A DNA stretch of 63,098 bases, the filler included, from Conidiobolus incongruus B7586 (taxonomy: Eukaryota), in the NCBI GenBank assembly GCA_000697335.1. It is 12 parts of 12 records of this genome, joined end to end, with 100 filler letters (N's around TTAATTAATTAA, not from the genome) between each part and the next. Parts side by side here need not be neighbours in the genome. Positions count along the whole stretch, not along the records: positions 28,680 to 45,831 come from JNEM01007389.1; positions 45,932 to 47,098 come from JNEM01007390.1; positions 47,199 to 60,278 come from JNEM01007392.1; 9 more parts are not named here. One strand, given 5' to 3'. Numbering within the stretch: position 1 is the first letter of the stretch; every line of letters starts with the position of its first letter. Both the position numbers and the translations under genes were made by a program. Shown one piece after another: positions 40,494 to 53,251 of this stretch. Below the pieces are notes generated by a model. It had not been told where the DNA came from. It made no database searches and saw only the letters and a program-made list of their open reading frames with translations.

Positions 40494-41029
40494 AGATTGT
40501 TATAATTTCTAGTTTTTACTAAAGTAATTTGGGATGAATACAGTAATTAACATATTGATATCTCTCCAAAACATAACTAATTCCTAATTATAGCCGAAAC
40601 CAATCTGGAACAAAAATTTGAAGAATTAGTCAAAAATACTCCTGTTATGTTGTTTTCCAAAACCTATTGCGGGTAAATAATACAGTCCCAATCCAATTAC
40701 AACAATATTTTAACATTATATTTAGATATTGCAAAAAAGTTAAAGAAACTCTCAAAAAAGAAAAAGTTAAGTACACCTTGGCAGAATTGGACGAAATGAA
40801 AAAAATGGGTAAATCCCTTATCACCTACTTTTCAATACATTCTAATCCTATTTTAGAATTATTAGTCAAAGCTGAAAAATGGATTCGCAAAAATGCTGGA
40901 CATAGTACAGTTCCTCAGGTATTCGTTAATGGTAAAGTGATTGGTGGTAGTGGCGACTTTGAGAAATATGTTAAGGATGGAAAATTGAAGAAGGCTTTAG
41001 AGGCTAACACTGCTGAAAATAGCGCTTAA
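39938..41029 (+). CDS. glutaredoxin with N-terminal membrane anchor (Grx6/7-like topology), CGYC site; exons 39938-40115, 40174-40281, 40335-40418, 40594-40672, 40726-40808, 40857-41029 (234 aa)
   Basis: TM segment YVVIFGLILFGFYLF. VMLFSKTYCG|YCKKVK, STVPQVFVNGKVIGG. All introns are GT-AG and the frame is consistent. Confidence 0.85.
40442..40491. repeat. (TTA)n microsatellite in glutaredoxin intron 3
   Basis: Direct reading of the sequence. Confidence 0.9.
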
Positions 41030-41879
41030 TTGTTTTAAGAATTTTTTTATATTAGCTGTTGATTATGAATATTATTAGCATCAGCTTATTTAATGGTGAA
41101 TAAATTTGTTTTATTTGAATATTGAGATGAATATAGTGAAAATGCAAATGACAATATTTATATTATTTCAAAATATTCCATCTTATTTGATAATATCAAA
41201 ATTTATTCAACCCAGTAAAATTATTTAATAGAATGTTTTTAATTTAATAATTAGTGAGAGGAATATCATAAATTTTTCACTCATATAAATATGGTTATAT
41301 ATACCATTTTCAATAATAATACTCCCACGCATTTTGACAAATTAATATATTTTCAATCCAGAGAAAATTTTATTCTTGATAATATATCTATCCAATATTT
41401 TGTTGATATTACTCAAATTGAATTTAATTCAATTGTTTACAAATTACTTTAATCATTAAAAATATTATTAATGTTTAAATATTTTATAAACTATTTTTGA
41501 TCTTTTTTTAAAATATATATCTTGATATATTTATCTCATATTTAATGCACTATATTAAATAAAATTCAATCATATATTAAAATTAAAAAATAAATAACGA
41601 TTTTGAGAAAAATATAATTTTAATTAAATTTAAAAATATTAAACTTTTATAATTATCTTGTATTATTTGATTAATTTTTATTAATAAATTATTTCAAATA
41701 AGGTATTTGATAATAATTTTTTTATAATTATTAAATCAATTTCCAAAAAAATTATAGATTTTTATTTTTTTTTCTTAGGAACTATATAGCTATTAATGTT
41801 TAACTTATTTCTTATAAAAATTTTATTTGTGTTATATAAGATTGAAGTTAATGTCAAAATTATTAAATATATATATATA

Positions 41880-42177
41880 TGTCGATGAGGATATTTTAAC
41901 CCCTAGCCCCAAGAACCTGTGATATTCTAGAGATTCCATATTATAAGTCTCCTTTTAATAAGTTTAAAATATTCAAGCCATTGAACTTTCTCAAATAAAC
42001 ACTCTTATGTTTTCTTAATTTTTACTCTCTCTTTTATATTTTACTTACCTTTTTGGCTGTTTGCCTAATATTCTGTACCCTTTTAATGGATTTCTTCTAA
42101 TGCGTGAGTTTACTCTCTCATCAATCCATATCTAAACAATTCTTCCAAATTAACGTTATATTCAATATTTTGATACA
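41880..42177. mobile_element. probable solo LTR inserted in a (TA)n tract
   Basis: TGT...ACA termini, ATATA on both sides, ~298 bp, internal AATAAA. Confidence 0.45.
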
Positions 42178-42864
42178 ATATATATATATATATTTATAAA
42201 ATCAGCCCATTTTTATAAAGTCACAATTACCTTAAATCCCATAACATAAAACTCTTCTGATATTTTTAAAATTATTATAAATTAATATATTTATCAAAGT
42301 GTGGATAATAAAATTTTACGGTATAATTAACTTTTTAATACAGAATGACTTTAGAAAAAGATCCATTGATCCCACTTCATTTACCTAAAGATAATAAAGT
42401 TGATGATCAACCTAATTATAAGAAATCTAATACAAAGTATATCCTTTACATCTTGATTTTGGGACTTATTCTCTACATTTATACTGCTTTCAATTTGGGA
42501 TGTGAAGGAGAAGAAGAATCTTACAGTAATTTTTAATTGAGTTGAATTAATTTTATATTTTTTAACCAAGTTTTAGATATTGAAACCATTCAAATTGATT
42601 TAACCGCCTTAGATTATACTAGTCAATTACCTAATATTGATGAAATTTTAAAAGGTTCTCAAATTATATTAATTTTATTTATTTTAATCAATTTAATAAT
42701 ATTATTTATAGATAAAAATTATCAAACTTTTATTGATAAAGAAAAATTAGAAGAAGAAGTGACTAGAATTGAAAAATCTTTGGAGAAAACTAAAGAGCAA
42801 ATGAAAGATTCTAGTAATTTATTATGATTTGATTGGGTTAATAAATGTTGATCGATTCGTTTAG

Positions 42865-43345
42865 CTGTAACTTTTAAATCTGGTTATGATACTATCATTG
42901 GTACTGTTGATTTGTCTTCAAAGAATGAACAAACTCAAGGTAAAATAGAATGAATTTGACTGGATTTATAATTATTGACGAATTTGCTTAGAAATCATTT
43001 TTAAATCTGATTACGATGCCATTATTGGTACTGTTGATTTATCCTCTAAAAAGCAACAAATTCAAGAAGAATCCCATGGTAATATAGCAAGAATTTAACT
43101 GCTTATTTATTTGTTAACTGTAATTTCTTTAAAAGTTACTTTTAAATCTGGCTATGATATCATTGTTGGTACTGTTGATTTGTCTGCTAAAAAGGAGCCA
43201 ACTCAAGAACCAAAATTACAAGGCAATTTCAAAGGATATGAATAGCTTGATAACTATTGACTAATTCATTTACAATTCACTTTTTAATCTGGTTACGACA
43301 CTATCACTGATATCATTAATCTATCTTTCAAAACTCAGGAAAAAC
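42865..43345 (+). repeat. four tandem exon+intron units encoding (V/I)(T/I)FKS(G/D)YDxIxGTVDLSxK
   Basis: Units start at ~42865, 42992, 43133 and 43274 with a period of ~130-140 nt. Confidence 0.85.
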
Positions 43346-43859
43346 GATGAATCCAGCAATTTTTAGGTTTTAATAAAATATTTCTTTTTGATTATAATTA
43401 TTTTCAGACCAAAATAATTAATTTGTAATTAATACCTAAATACCTTAAACTTCAAAAATTGAAAAATCTAATCAGTTTAAAGAAGCGCCTAGTAATTTCA
43501 GTTCATTATAAACTTATTAACATTTATGAATCAAATTTCATAGTTATTAATAAACTAAGCGTGGATTACAAGAGTAATTCTATAATATACCAATAATACA
43601 TTGATTTACTTAGTTCTATAGACATAGGCAATCAGCAAACAAAAAATTTGGAGAAGTAATTAAAACTAACTTCCATTTTTGATGTGTTCAAATACTCACT
43701 GCAGGTAAATCAAAAAACTGGATATTTTTTTAATATTAACATAATTTTTTAGCTATTGTAAAGATATTTTAAGTATTCTCAAAGAGAAAAAGATATCTTA
43801 CTTGATAATGAAATTTGACAAAGTTTATTACTTTAGTAATTTAATGTGGTGTTTGATAG

Positions 43860-44180
43860 TAAATTTTGTAAATAAAGTTCGTTGTTAGAAAAGTACTCGT
43901 AATACAATTTAGTAAATTATTTATTAATCCTGTATGTCTTAAAACTTATTGTTGAGACATTGTAGCAGAATATCCAGGAAAAATTAGAATCCTCTCTATG
44001 CTTACCACTTCTGGGTTTAAATAATTTGTTCATTGATTTGTATGAGATTTGGATAAATTCTAATATAAGGAGCTAAAGAGCATCATTTGATTGTGGACCA
44101 ACAGATCCACTATAAATGGGAGGCAAAGTGGACTTAATTATCCAATCTAGACGGACGGGTATTTTTGAAATACAACATTA
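43860..44180 (+). repeat. second copy of the ~300-bp dispersed repeat, inside the glutaredoxin pseudogene intron
   Basis: Colinear blocks shared with 20895-21172. Confidence 0.65.
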
Positions 44181-44779
44181 AATAATACTATACTATATCG
44201 TTTCATTTTATTATTGATACAATATGGAATTAGAACTCTTAATCAAACTGAGAAATTACATTCGCAACAAGTATTGTCATAGCACAGTTTCACAAGTACT
44301 TGTTAATGGTGAAATGGTTGGTTAATGTGATAAATTAATAAAATTTTATAGGATTGGAAAACTGAAAGCTTTACAAGTTAATGATAAAGAAGATATTAAA
44401 GATAGTTTTTAAATAAATATATGATTTGTGTTAAAAATGAATTACTAAAATATAATATGTTTATTTAATTTTTATAATTTTTCTTGATTTTTGAATATGA
44501 TGAAATTAGTTCAATCAATATATGTAACTAAAAGTATTAAATCTAAATCCATAAATTACCTTCAATTTATTTTTATGAACCACAGTTGTTTTAGTATTTT
44601 TATAATATTATATTAAATATTTATTAATAATTAAACAACTCAATATAATCATTATATTTATTAATAAAAACCTTTTATAAAATTTCTAATAAATAGTAAA
44701 CCTGAAAATTATGAAATTTAATATTTTATCAAAATTAAACAAAGGTTATTTATTAAAATTTAATTACAATTACCAATAT

Positions 44780-45060
44780 AAATATCCAAATAAGGATTAT
44801 TTGAAACAATGCAAATATTATTAATATATAGCTAAAATTATTAAAGTTTTGTTAACTACAAAGAAATGACCTTTAGTAGCGTATCCCACATATTAACCAG
44901 TTATGAAGCCCTGTGATTATGATTGCTTTGGTCAATTAAAGAATTTAATTTAGGGATATAAATTTGATTATATTTCAAAATTAAAAGATTAATTGTGAAG
45001 AAAAATTCTATAAACTTTGGAAATGAGATTAGTAATTATTATTAGTACAGGATTATGCTA
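44780..45060 (+). mobile_element. diverged mariner transposase 3' relic
   Basis: YPTY*PVMKPCDYDCFGQLK resembles the YSPDxxPCDY motif of the other copies. Confidence 0.5.
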
Positions 45061-45459
45061 TCAAAAAACAAAATATTAATTTTTATCGTAATATTGCTTT
45101 TTCTCTTACCAGCTATATTTTATTTTGATACAAATTCAAAATTATCTCATTTAATTTTTAAATTACTAAATAATCATTAAATTTTAACTTGTTTTTATTA
45201 CTTTAAAGTATGATATAAAAATTGAAACCTGTTAACAAAATTTTTCTAGCAAAATAATTACATTTTTTATTATCAACACTCATTGAATATAAAGAAATAA
45301 CTTTATTATTTTTAAATAGAATTTCTGATAAAATAGTATATATACTTAGGCAAAATTTTCCAATATCAAATTTGAAATATTTTCAAAGAGTATTCTGAAT
45401 TATATTTGAAAATTTAAATTTAAGACTATATTTTGTAAAATATATTAATATTAGTTTAA

Positions 45460-45831
45460 AAATAAAAAACTAAATCTTTAATTTATGCCTTTTCAAATAT
45501 ATTGTAGTTTTAAAAAGTATAAAATATATAAAATAATTAATATTTTCATATTATAAATCTATACTCAATTATAATTATTTTTTTATTAATATTTTTTTAT
45601 TTCAAAATTAAAAATTGAATTTAATTAAAGTACAAAGTGATTATCAAAAGTCTTTAATTTCAATATCATTAAAACTTAATTATATATCATTTAGAATAAT
45701 TTAAGATTTGTAATTAGCTTATAAAAATAATGTTTATTCAAAACTTCTATTTATTATTAAATTTATTATATTAAAGCTAAAAAAGATATTTTTTTGAAAT
45801 TAAATAATTAATTTTTATTATTATTCTTTCA
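45460..45831 (+). mobile_element. mariner-like 5' fragment, cut by gap
   Basis: TTTTCAAATATATT and GATTATCAAAAGTCTTT blocks are colinear with the 5' ends of the other copies. Confidence 0.6.
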
Positions 45832-45931
45832 NNNNNNNNNNNNNNNNNNNNNNNNNNNNNNNNNNNNNNNNNNNNTTAATTAATTAANNNNNNNNNNNNN
45901 NNNNNNNNNNNNNNNNNNNNNNNNNNNNNNN

Positions 45932-47098
45932 CTTTTTTCATTAAATAATTTATTTTTTAAAATTTAATTCTTTAATTTAATTATATTTAAACTAAATAGT
46001 AACCATCAAAAGTTTTTTATTTTAGTATTAATAAAACTTAACCACAAACTCTCTAAAATCATTCAAAATTTACTAAAGCTTTTGGTAATAGAATATTATT
46101 TAAATCAATAATTTATTGTTAGATAAATTATTATTAGGTTAAAAGAAAAACTACCCAAAGCTAGTTAAAATCTAAAAGACTAATTTTAACTACATTTCTC
46201 TAATTATTAATAATATGAAAAAATATATTAAAAAGTATCTTTTTATCTTAACTAAAGAATTATCAAGATATTATAATATTAGTCATATAAATATTTTATA
46301 TATATTAAAGTTTAAATAAAAATTAATTAATAAAAATATAAAATAGGTACCTTATAATTTAACCAAAGTTTAAAAAAATAAGAATATCTATTGTTAAACA
46401 AAAATTACTAAGATATAGCTAAAAACTAAGGTTTTTACAGCAAATTATTATAATTGATAAATCTTAGATTTTTTTATATAATCCTTTGTTAAAACATAAA
46501 TCAAAGTGTTAAATTAAGCTAAATCAACCCTTTCTACAAATCCCTTTAAATAAATATTTTTTGAATAATCAATGTTAATTATTATAATAAATTATAATAA
46601 TATATGTTATTTTTATTTAGTTCTTAAAGGAAAATGAATTAATTATAAACTTTATATTTTTTTTTAAATATAACTATTTATAATTAATATTTTAAATATA
46701 ATTTAAGACAGCTTATTATTTTACATAATATTGTAAAATACATAAATTTAATATTATAAAAAACTCCCTAATAAAAATAACTGGAAAAAACTACTATATC
46801 TAGTATATTCCTTAGATTATAACTTATGTGATTATAATTATTTTAAGCAATTAAAAAACTAGCTTACAAGAAAGAAAATTTTTACAAAAAAATTTAATTA
46901 GTATATTAAGTATCAAATTTAAATCTTTAATAATAAGAATTATTTTTTTAATATTAGATTTTTATTAAAAATATAGCAAAAAGTTATTAGAAATAAAAAA
47001 AATTATTAACTTTATATTATATGTTTATTTTTACTTAATATATATTAAAATGTTTATTTTTTTCTAATTGAAAAGAATTTATATTAATTAAATTATAA
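45932..47098 (+). mobile_element. mariner-like family A copy (gap-bounded)
   Basis: Colinear with 34985-36140. Confidence 0.85.
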
Positions 47099-47691
47099 NN
47101 NNNNNNNNNNNNNNNNNNNNNNNNNNNNNNNNNNNNNNNNNNTTAATTAATTAANNNNNNNNNNNNNNNNNNNNNNNNNNNNNNNNNNNNNNNNNNNNAT
47201 TCATATATATGTTAATTTTTAATTTAAAATTATCTTTTATATATATAGTTACCTAAATAAATTATATTATTATAATAATTTATTATATTAATTTCATTAT
47301 TTATTAAAATCGAAATTTAGATTAAATTATTATATCAAATTAATTCCAAATAAAAATTATAAATAATGAATAATTAAAATTTATATTATTTTAAATAATT
47401 CTAATCATAATATATTTTAAAGATTCAAATAAACTAGTTTAAGGTTATTCCTTTATTCATTAAGAAATTAAAATATATCAAAATTAAAAAACAATTGAAA
47501 TATATCTATTTTTAAAATATATTTTTTCCATTATTATATTAATTATATTATCAAACAAAAATAAGATCATGATTTTTTTAGTTAATCCCATAATTTTATA
47601 TTATGAAATCAATTTTATATCAACTCATTTTCGCTATGAATTTGAAATAAACAAATCATTGGATAACAATAATTAAAAAATAGTTTCAAAA

Positions 47692-48463
47692 ATGAATTCA
47701 AAGTCTGATAAAATTCAAGATTTAGAATACCATGAACTTTCTTCACAACAGAAAGCTTCTCTTGCCCCAAAATTAGACAAAATCACTCTTACCGAAGATG
47801 AAAAGCATCCAGTACATAATTTTATTTATAGAGAATTATTTCAAGTATCTGAAATCGACAAAGATGTTAAAAAATTCCAAAGAGGTACTTTCATCAGAAC
47901 TTTGCCCAAGCATTATAATATTTATTATATACTTTAGTTACTAGATTTTATTTGAAACATCAAACTGTTGAAGATTACCAAATCACGATTGATATTGCTT
48001 CAGACCTTTACTCTCCTGAAATGGGCTCTTTGGTTGATGTTTATATGGCCTTCTCCTTAAAGGATACCTGGGCTGGTCCAAGAGAACATGACAAAAATGA
48101 TGATCAATCTTGGAAAGACGAAGAATCTAAAGTAATTAATAGATTTGATTATATTATGCATGGAAAATGCTATAAATTCCAGCCATCTGATAATAACTTA
48201 GTGTAAGTTCAACATTATCTTCTTCTATAACGATTTATTACTAATCATTTATTAGTGCCACTTACTTTTCTTTCGGTGGGCTTTTAATGGAACTTAAGGG
48301 CCCTTTTGAAAAATTAACCCAATTCCGTATTGGAGAATATGTATATTTATTACTCAGAAAGCATAACCCCTCTTTAATCCAAACTGAAACTCATGAAGAA
48401 ACTGAAGCCGAGAAAGAGCGTGATTATGCTTTGAAATTCAACAAATACAAAGCTAAAAACTAA
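47692..48463 (+). CDS. RPB8: RNA polymerase I/II/III subunit RPABC3 (Rpb8)-family protein, 221 aa; exons 47692-47884, 47938-48202, 48256-48463
   Basis: KKFQR|VTR, FDYIMHGKCYKF, YFSFGGLLMELKG and VYLLLRK are the Rpb8 signature. Two GT-AG introns. Confidence 0.85.
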
Positions 48464-49301
48464 GATTTTTATAGAGATATCAAGCTAGTAACATAGCATT
48501 TACTTGTTTTCTACCCTGCTAATTTATTGGATTTAAATATGTTCTACTCTCATATGATGGAAGATTAAAATGTATTTATTCTAATGCTAATTTAACTTAT
48601 TTTCAATTATATATTCTCGATTTATATGAAACTTGAAAGACTATTATCAATATGCACATTTTGCATTATATTCTATGTTTTTATATTATAATCAATATAT
48701 GCATATTAAACCTATTTCGTTATTATTTACATTGATGAATGAATTTTAAAACTAAAAATTATCAATAATTACTCATCGAGCACCATCATTTTAGGATTAA
48801 TAAACTTTTAACATATTCTCAAAGTAGTATATTTTATAACAATTTGAAATTAATTTTGTTTTTTATTATTTCAATTTTGAGTAATAAATATGATAAGTAA
48901 ATTATTAATAAGAATATTTACTTAGAAGAATATAATTTATTTTTGCATTATTTGTTTACACGTTTCATTATTAGAGAGAGTATTTTTTTGATTTAAATAC
49001 CTGTAAAAATATAATTCCCACTTAACAAACTCTTGATTACTAAATATTCGATAGAATAGTATGATTGGAAATTTGAAATTAAGATATTTTAATAAAACTT
49101 GGATAAACCTGTATCTTGGTAATTGTAATATAAAAAATGTATTGATTCATAAATACAATATTATAATTAATTGTAAAAAGATATATAATATCACTGGGTC
49201 AAATATTTTTTTAATTTCAACTATAATCCTTAATATTTATACGAATATTAGGGGACAAATATTAGATTTTCTTTATTTTTAATATATTCAAATGATTAAG
49301 C

Positions 49302-49572
49302 TTTAGTGCAAATGAGGGGGTCAAAAACACAGTCAGAGATAAGGGAATAGGCTCAAGTAGCTGATGGAGAGAATAAGCAACTGAAAAAACACCGAATTAG
49401 AATGGCTTTTCGTCATCTTTGCTATTGGATATATATATATATTCCTTTCTACTAGTTTTTTAGACTTCCAAAAGCTTATTCAACTAGATCATCCTTTAGC
49501 CTTGTTTTTAATATATTTTGCTTAATCAGCTTCTGAAAAATACAAATATATAAAAATAATAAAGGCTCTACA
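49302..49572 (+). mobile_element. possible solo LTR
   Basis: G+C-richer block with a TATA run and AATAAA near an ending CTACA. No clear TSD. Confidence 0.25.
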
Positions 49573-52500
49573 ATAGTCACGATGTTATGCATAATAGAAA
49601 CAGTCCAATCCTATTTTTAATCTAGTCTTCTAAACTCATTATATTTTAGATATATTAACTTGGAAACTGAGTTCCTCTTCTTTACTCGTATTGCTAGAAT
49701 AAATTTTGGGAAAGCATTTTTATTCAGAAATATAATGAAATTTAATTAGAAGGATAGAATTGAAGTATTAGAAGAAATGATTACCATCATACCCAAAGGA
49801 TCAACAGCATACTTCTTCATAGTTTAAAAAAAGTATTCATTATTACTTGGCTCTTGACAAATCTTGATATTGACTTTATTAATAAAAAGTATATATAATT
49901 TGTTATTGAAATATAATACTTTTATATATTAGATTTAATACATTGTTCAGTGTATTTCCACTATTTCTGAACATATCTATCAATAATTATTGAAGGCTTG
50001 GGCAAATCAACTTTAGTCACATAAATGCTTAGATATCTTGTTATATTACTATTTCGTTTCAAACAATATAACATTAATTATAGTATTGCCATCCTTAGTA
50101 AAATATAAACAATTGAAAGTATCTTTAAAATTAAAATTAGTTAAAAACCAATTAAATAATTTTAAATATTTTAATATAGAAAAATCAAAATCCTATAAAC
50201 ACCAGGTGGGTTTGAATTTTATTTTGCATTTAATATTAAAAACCATTGTAATCAAGGAGAAACAAATATTTTACCCAAAAATATATTTTAAATTGAAATT
50301 TTTTTTAGAAATTTAAATTTTCTTTATAAATTACAAGTTTAATATAATTATTAAATTATTTGAAAATATAATAGTATTGGAAATTAGATTATTATTTCTA
50401 ATTTTATAGTTTTTAAGGCTTGTTAAAGCTTTTATATAATAGTATTATATCTAGGTAATTTTATTATAATATCAATCTTTATTATTTGAGTTGAATAATA
50501 TTTATATTATATATAATTGATTTTAATTAAAGTAAACTTATTTATTTAATTTAATAATATTTGGTTTAAACCATGTTTTAAATTCAGTATTTTTTATTAT
50601 ATTTGATCATATTAGAATTGTTGAAAATTTATAATAAATTAATATTAATTTATTTGATTTATTTTAATTTTTCAAATTGATTAAAACCAAGTAATATTTT
50701 CTTATAAATGAATTTTTGATATATTTGAATTTAAAATAGATATAACTTATATATTTCTAAATAAGATTCACTTCTTTAATATAACAAATATTATCAATAT
50801 ATTATTATTATTCCTATAATTAAAATTAATAAAGGAGTTTAACATTTAATTTCGAGATATCAATTTTTTAATTATATTTTGTTATATTTATTATATTTAT
50901 TATATATATAATTTCAAATAATTAATCTTATTTTATATTTATCATATTTATCTTACATCTGTTATATTTAACTTAATTTTATTATATTTGATTCATTATG
51001 TATTTAGTGTATTTACTTAGTATTATAAGTACCTAATCTATAAAAACTTGAATCTTCAGACAAAACATTTGTAATTTAATAATAAATAACTATTGATATT
51101 AAAAATGAATGTTAATTGATAATTGATTTGTAATATATTATCAAATATGGAATATGTTATTTAATAGCTTTTCATTTATTAAAGAAAATAAGGAAATTTA
51201 TAATTTTGCATCCCTTTCTTTAAGATTATATATTATTGCATATTCTTGTTTATATATATTGACTTTGATTTATAAGTTTTCCAAGAAATTATTGATATCA
51301 AAATTAGGATTTATTTATAAAACCTTAACCATAATCGTGGTATTTCATTTTCCTAAACACTTTTAAGGAGCACTATTCCTGGTTACCAAAGCCCAAGGTC
51401 AATTCATATTCATTTGGCCTTGACAATATAAAATATATTATAATATAAATATTTATAAAATAAAATATATCATCAATATTAATAGAAAATAAAAATAATA
51501 ATTAAAAAATCACAAAAAAATTATAGATTTATAAAATATTTAAAAAACTTATTAATTTTTAAAATATATTAAATTTTCTCTTAAATTAAAGGCTAAAAAT
51601 AATATTACAAGGTTATAAATATAATTCAATTTAAAATATAAAAATAATATTATAACCTAATTATGGATTTAAGTAATATTTACTCAAAAAGCATAAATTA
51701 TCTTTGGTGAGAGGTCAGCATATATAATAAATATCATATGAGCGAAATATAGTATATTTATGGATAATTATAAATATATTTAAAATAAAAAATACCAAGT
51801 GTTTTAAATATTATATATATATATATATTAATTCAATTAGAAGCATTCTTTTCTATCTAATAATCAATCAAACTAACCTTCCAGGATTGGTGTTAAGGTT
51901 TATCCCTTGGAGGTCTTCAGATTCTACGCAGGACTTGGACATGGACTATCAAATTTGTTCAACTTTGGACAAGTTTAATTAAAAACAAATTAAAATTTGA
52001 CTAATTTTACTCACATTTAACAATTTTATAATGACGAAATCAATTTTTAATAAAAAAGCATTTATTAACTCACCAAATCAATAATATCAGCATTAAAATT
52101 AAAGATATACAAAATCCTCTATAATACATACATATAATTTATTAATAACAGTTTAATGTATAAAAATTGATAGAACATATTATCACAAAAATTAATTACA
52201 TTTTCATATTTCTCATGTAAATAATAGTTAAAATATTTTAGTATAAAAGTAGAAAATAATTGCAAAGATTATCATTACTTTAAATATTTAAAGTTGCCCA
52301 TTTGGATAAATGATGATAAATCGAAATATATATATATATAAATTACTGTAATTAATAATATACCGATATATTGTTTGGTATAAGGATAACTATCCTAAGC
52401 ATTATTACACTTCAATATTACACTATGAATGTTACACAGTGTTACAATTTATTGATAAATTTAGTGTATATTCTTATCAAAATTCAACTATCATATAAAA

Positions 52501-52614
52501 AATTCAATTATCAGCAGACCCATAATTAAATTTTGGGTTTTTTAAGATTATTTGAACAATTAATTGAGTTCATGATCAAATTAATTTCTGAAATTTGTAT
52601 TTGAATTTTATAAT

Positions 52615-53251
52615 ATGCCAAAAATTAAAGAGAAATCTAATTATAATCACAATTATTTTCACTTTCAATTAAACCAATTTTATAATAAGCATTTTCATAA
52701 TAAGACAAGCTCATTTCGACAATTAATAATACCTCATAACTTTATTCAACCTAATAACTCAAACGCCATACAAAGCAATGTAGTCAATCAACAAAATGTG
52801 GAGATTGAAGATATCGAAAATAATGAACTCGAAGAAGAATATTTTGATGAAGAACACGAACTTGAAGAAAATGAAGAATATTTTGAAGAAAACAATGAAA
52901 CCTTGTTAACGCCTGAGATGATCGAAATATTTAAACATTCAGAGAATTGGAAGCAAGAAAGTATTGTTTTAACAAGATCAAGTGTAATTTAAAATAACTA
53001 ATTTTTTTATAGAATTAAAAATACTCCAACTTGAAAATGAAAGAGTACAAAACTTAGAATATATAGACAAAGAGAATTTTCTCCCTGATCCTTTACCACC
53101 CTTTGAAACCTATGTTAATTTATATTCTAGTCAAAATGCCCTAAAAATCGCTAGTTTGGAAAGTCAATTGGATAATCAATTTAGAGACCTGTGCGAAATT
53201 GACAATCCTATTTTATGGCCCATACTTCCTTTAAATTTACAATTTAAATAA
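52615..53251 (+). CDS. Gemin8-like protein (SMN complex); exons 52615-52960, 53013-53251
   Basis: Acidic stretch, then LTPEMIEIFKHSENWK, and a spliced C-terminus LYSSQNALKIASLESQLDNQF...PILWPILPL resembling the Gemin8 C-terminal WPxxPL signature. Confidence 0.7.

Larger units (their letters stand above)
42345..44412 (+). pseudogene. decayed paralog of the membrane-anchored glutaredoxin
   Basis: Same N-terminal TM exon. HCS|YCKDILSILKEK and HSTVSQVLVNGEMVG* (premature stop). Broken splice sites and an insertion in the last intron. Confidence 0.75.

Noticed and set aside
49061..51366. ORFs 49061-49282, 50038-50316 and 51154-51366 (also 33108-33437 and 57030-57230)
   Set aside because: Low-complexity I/K/N/L/F-rich frames expected by chance in AT-rich DNA; at most unidentifiable gene relics.
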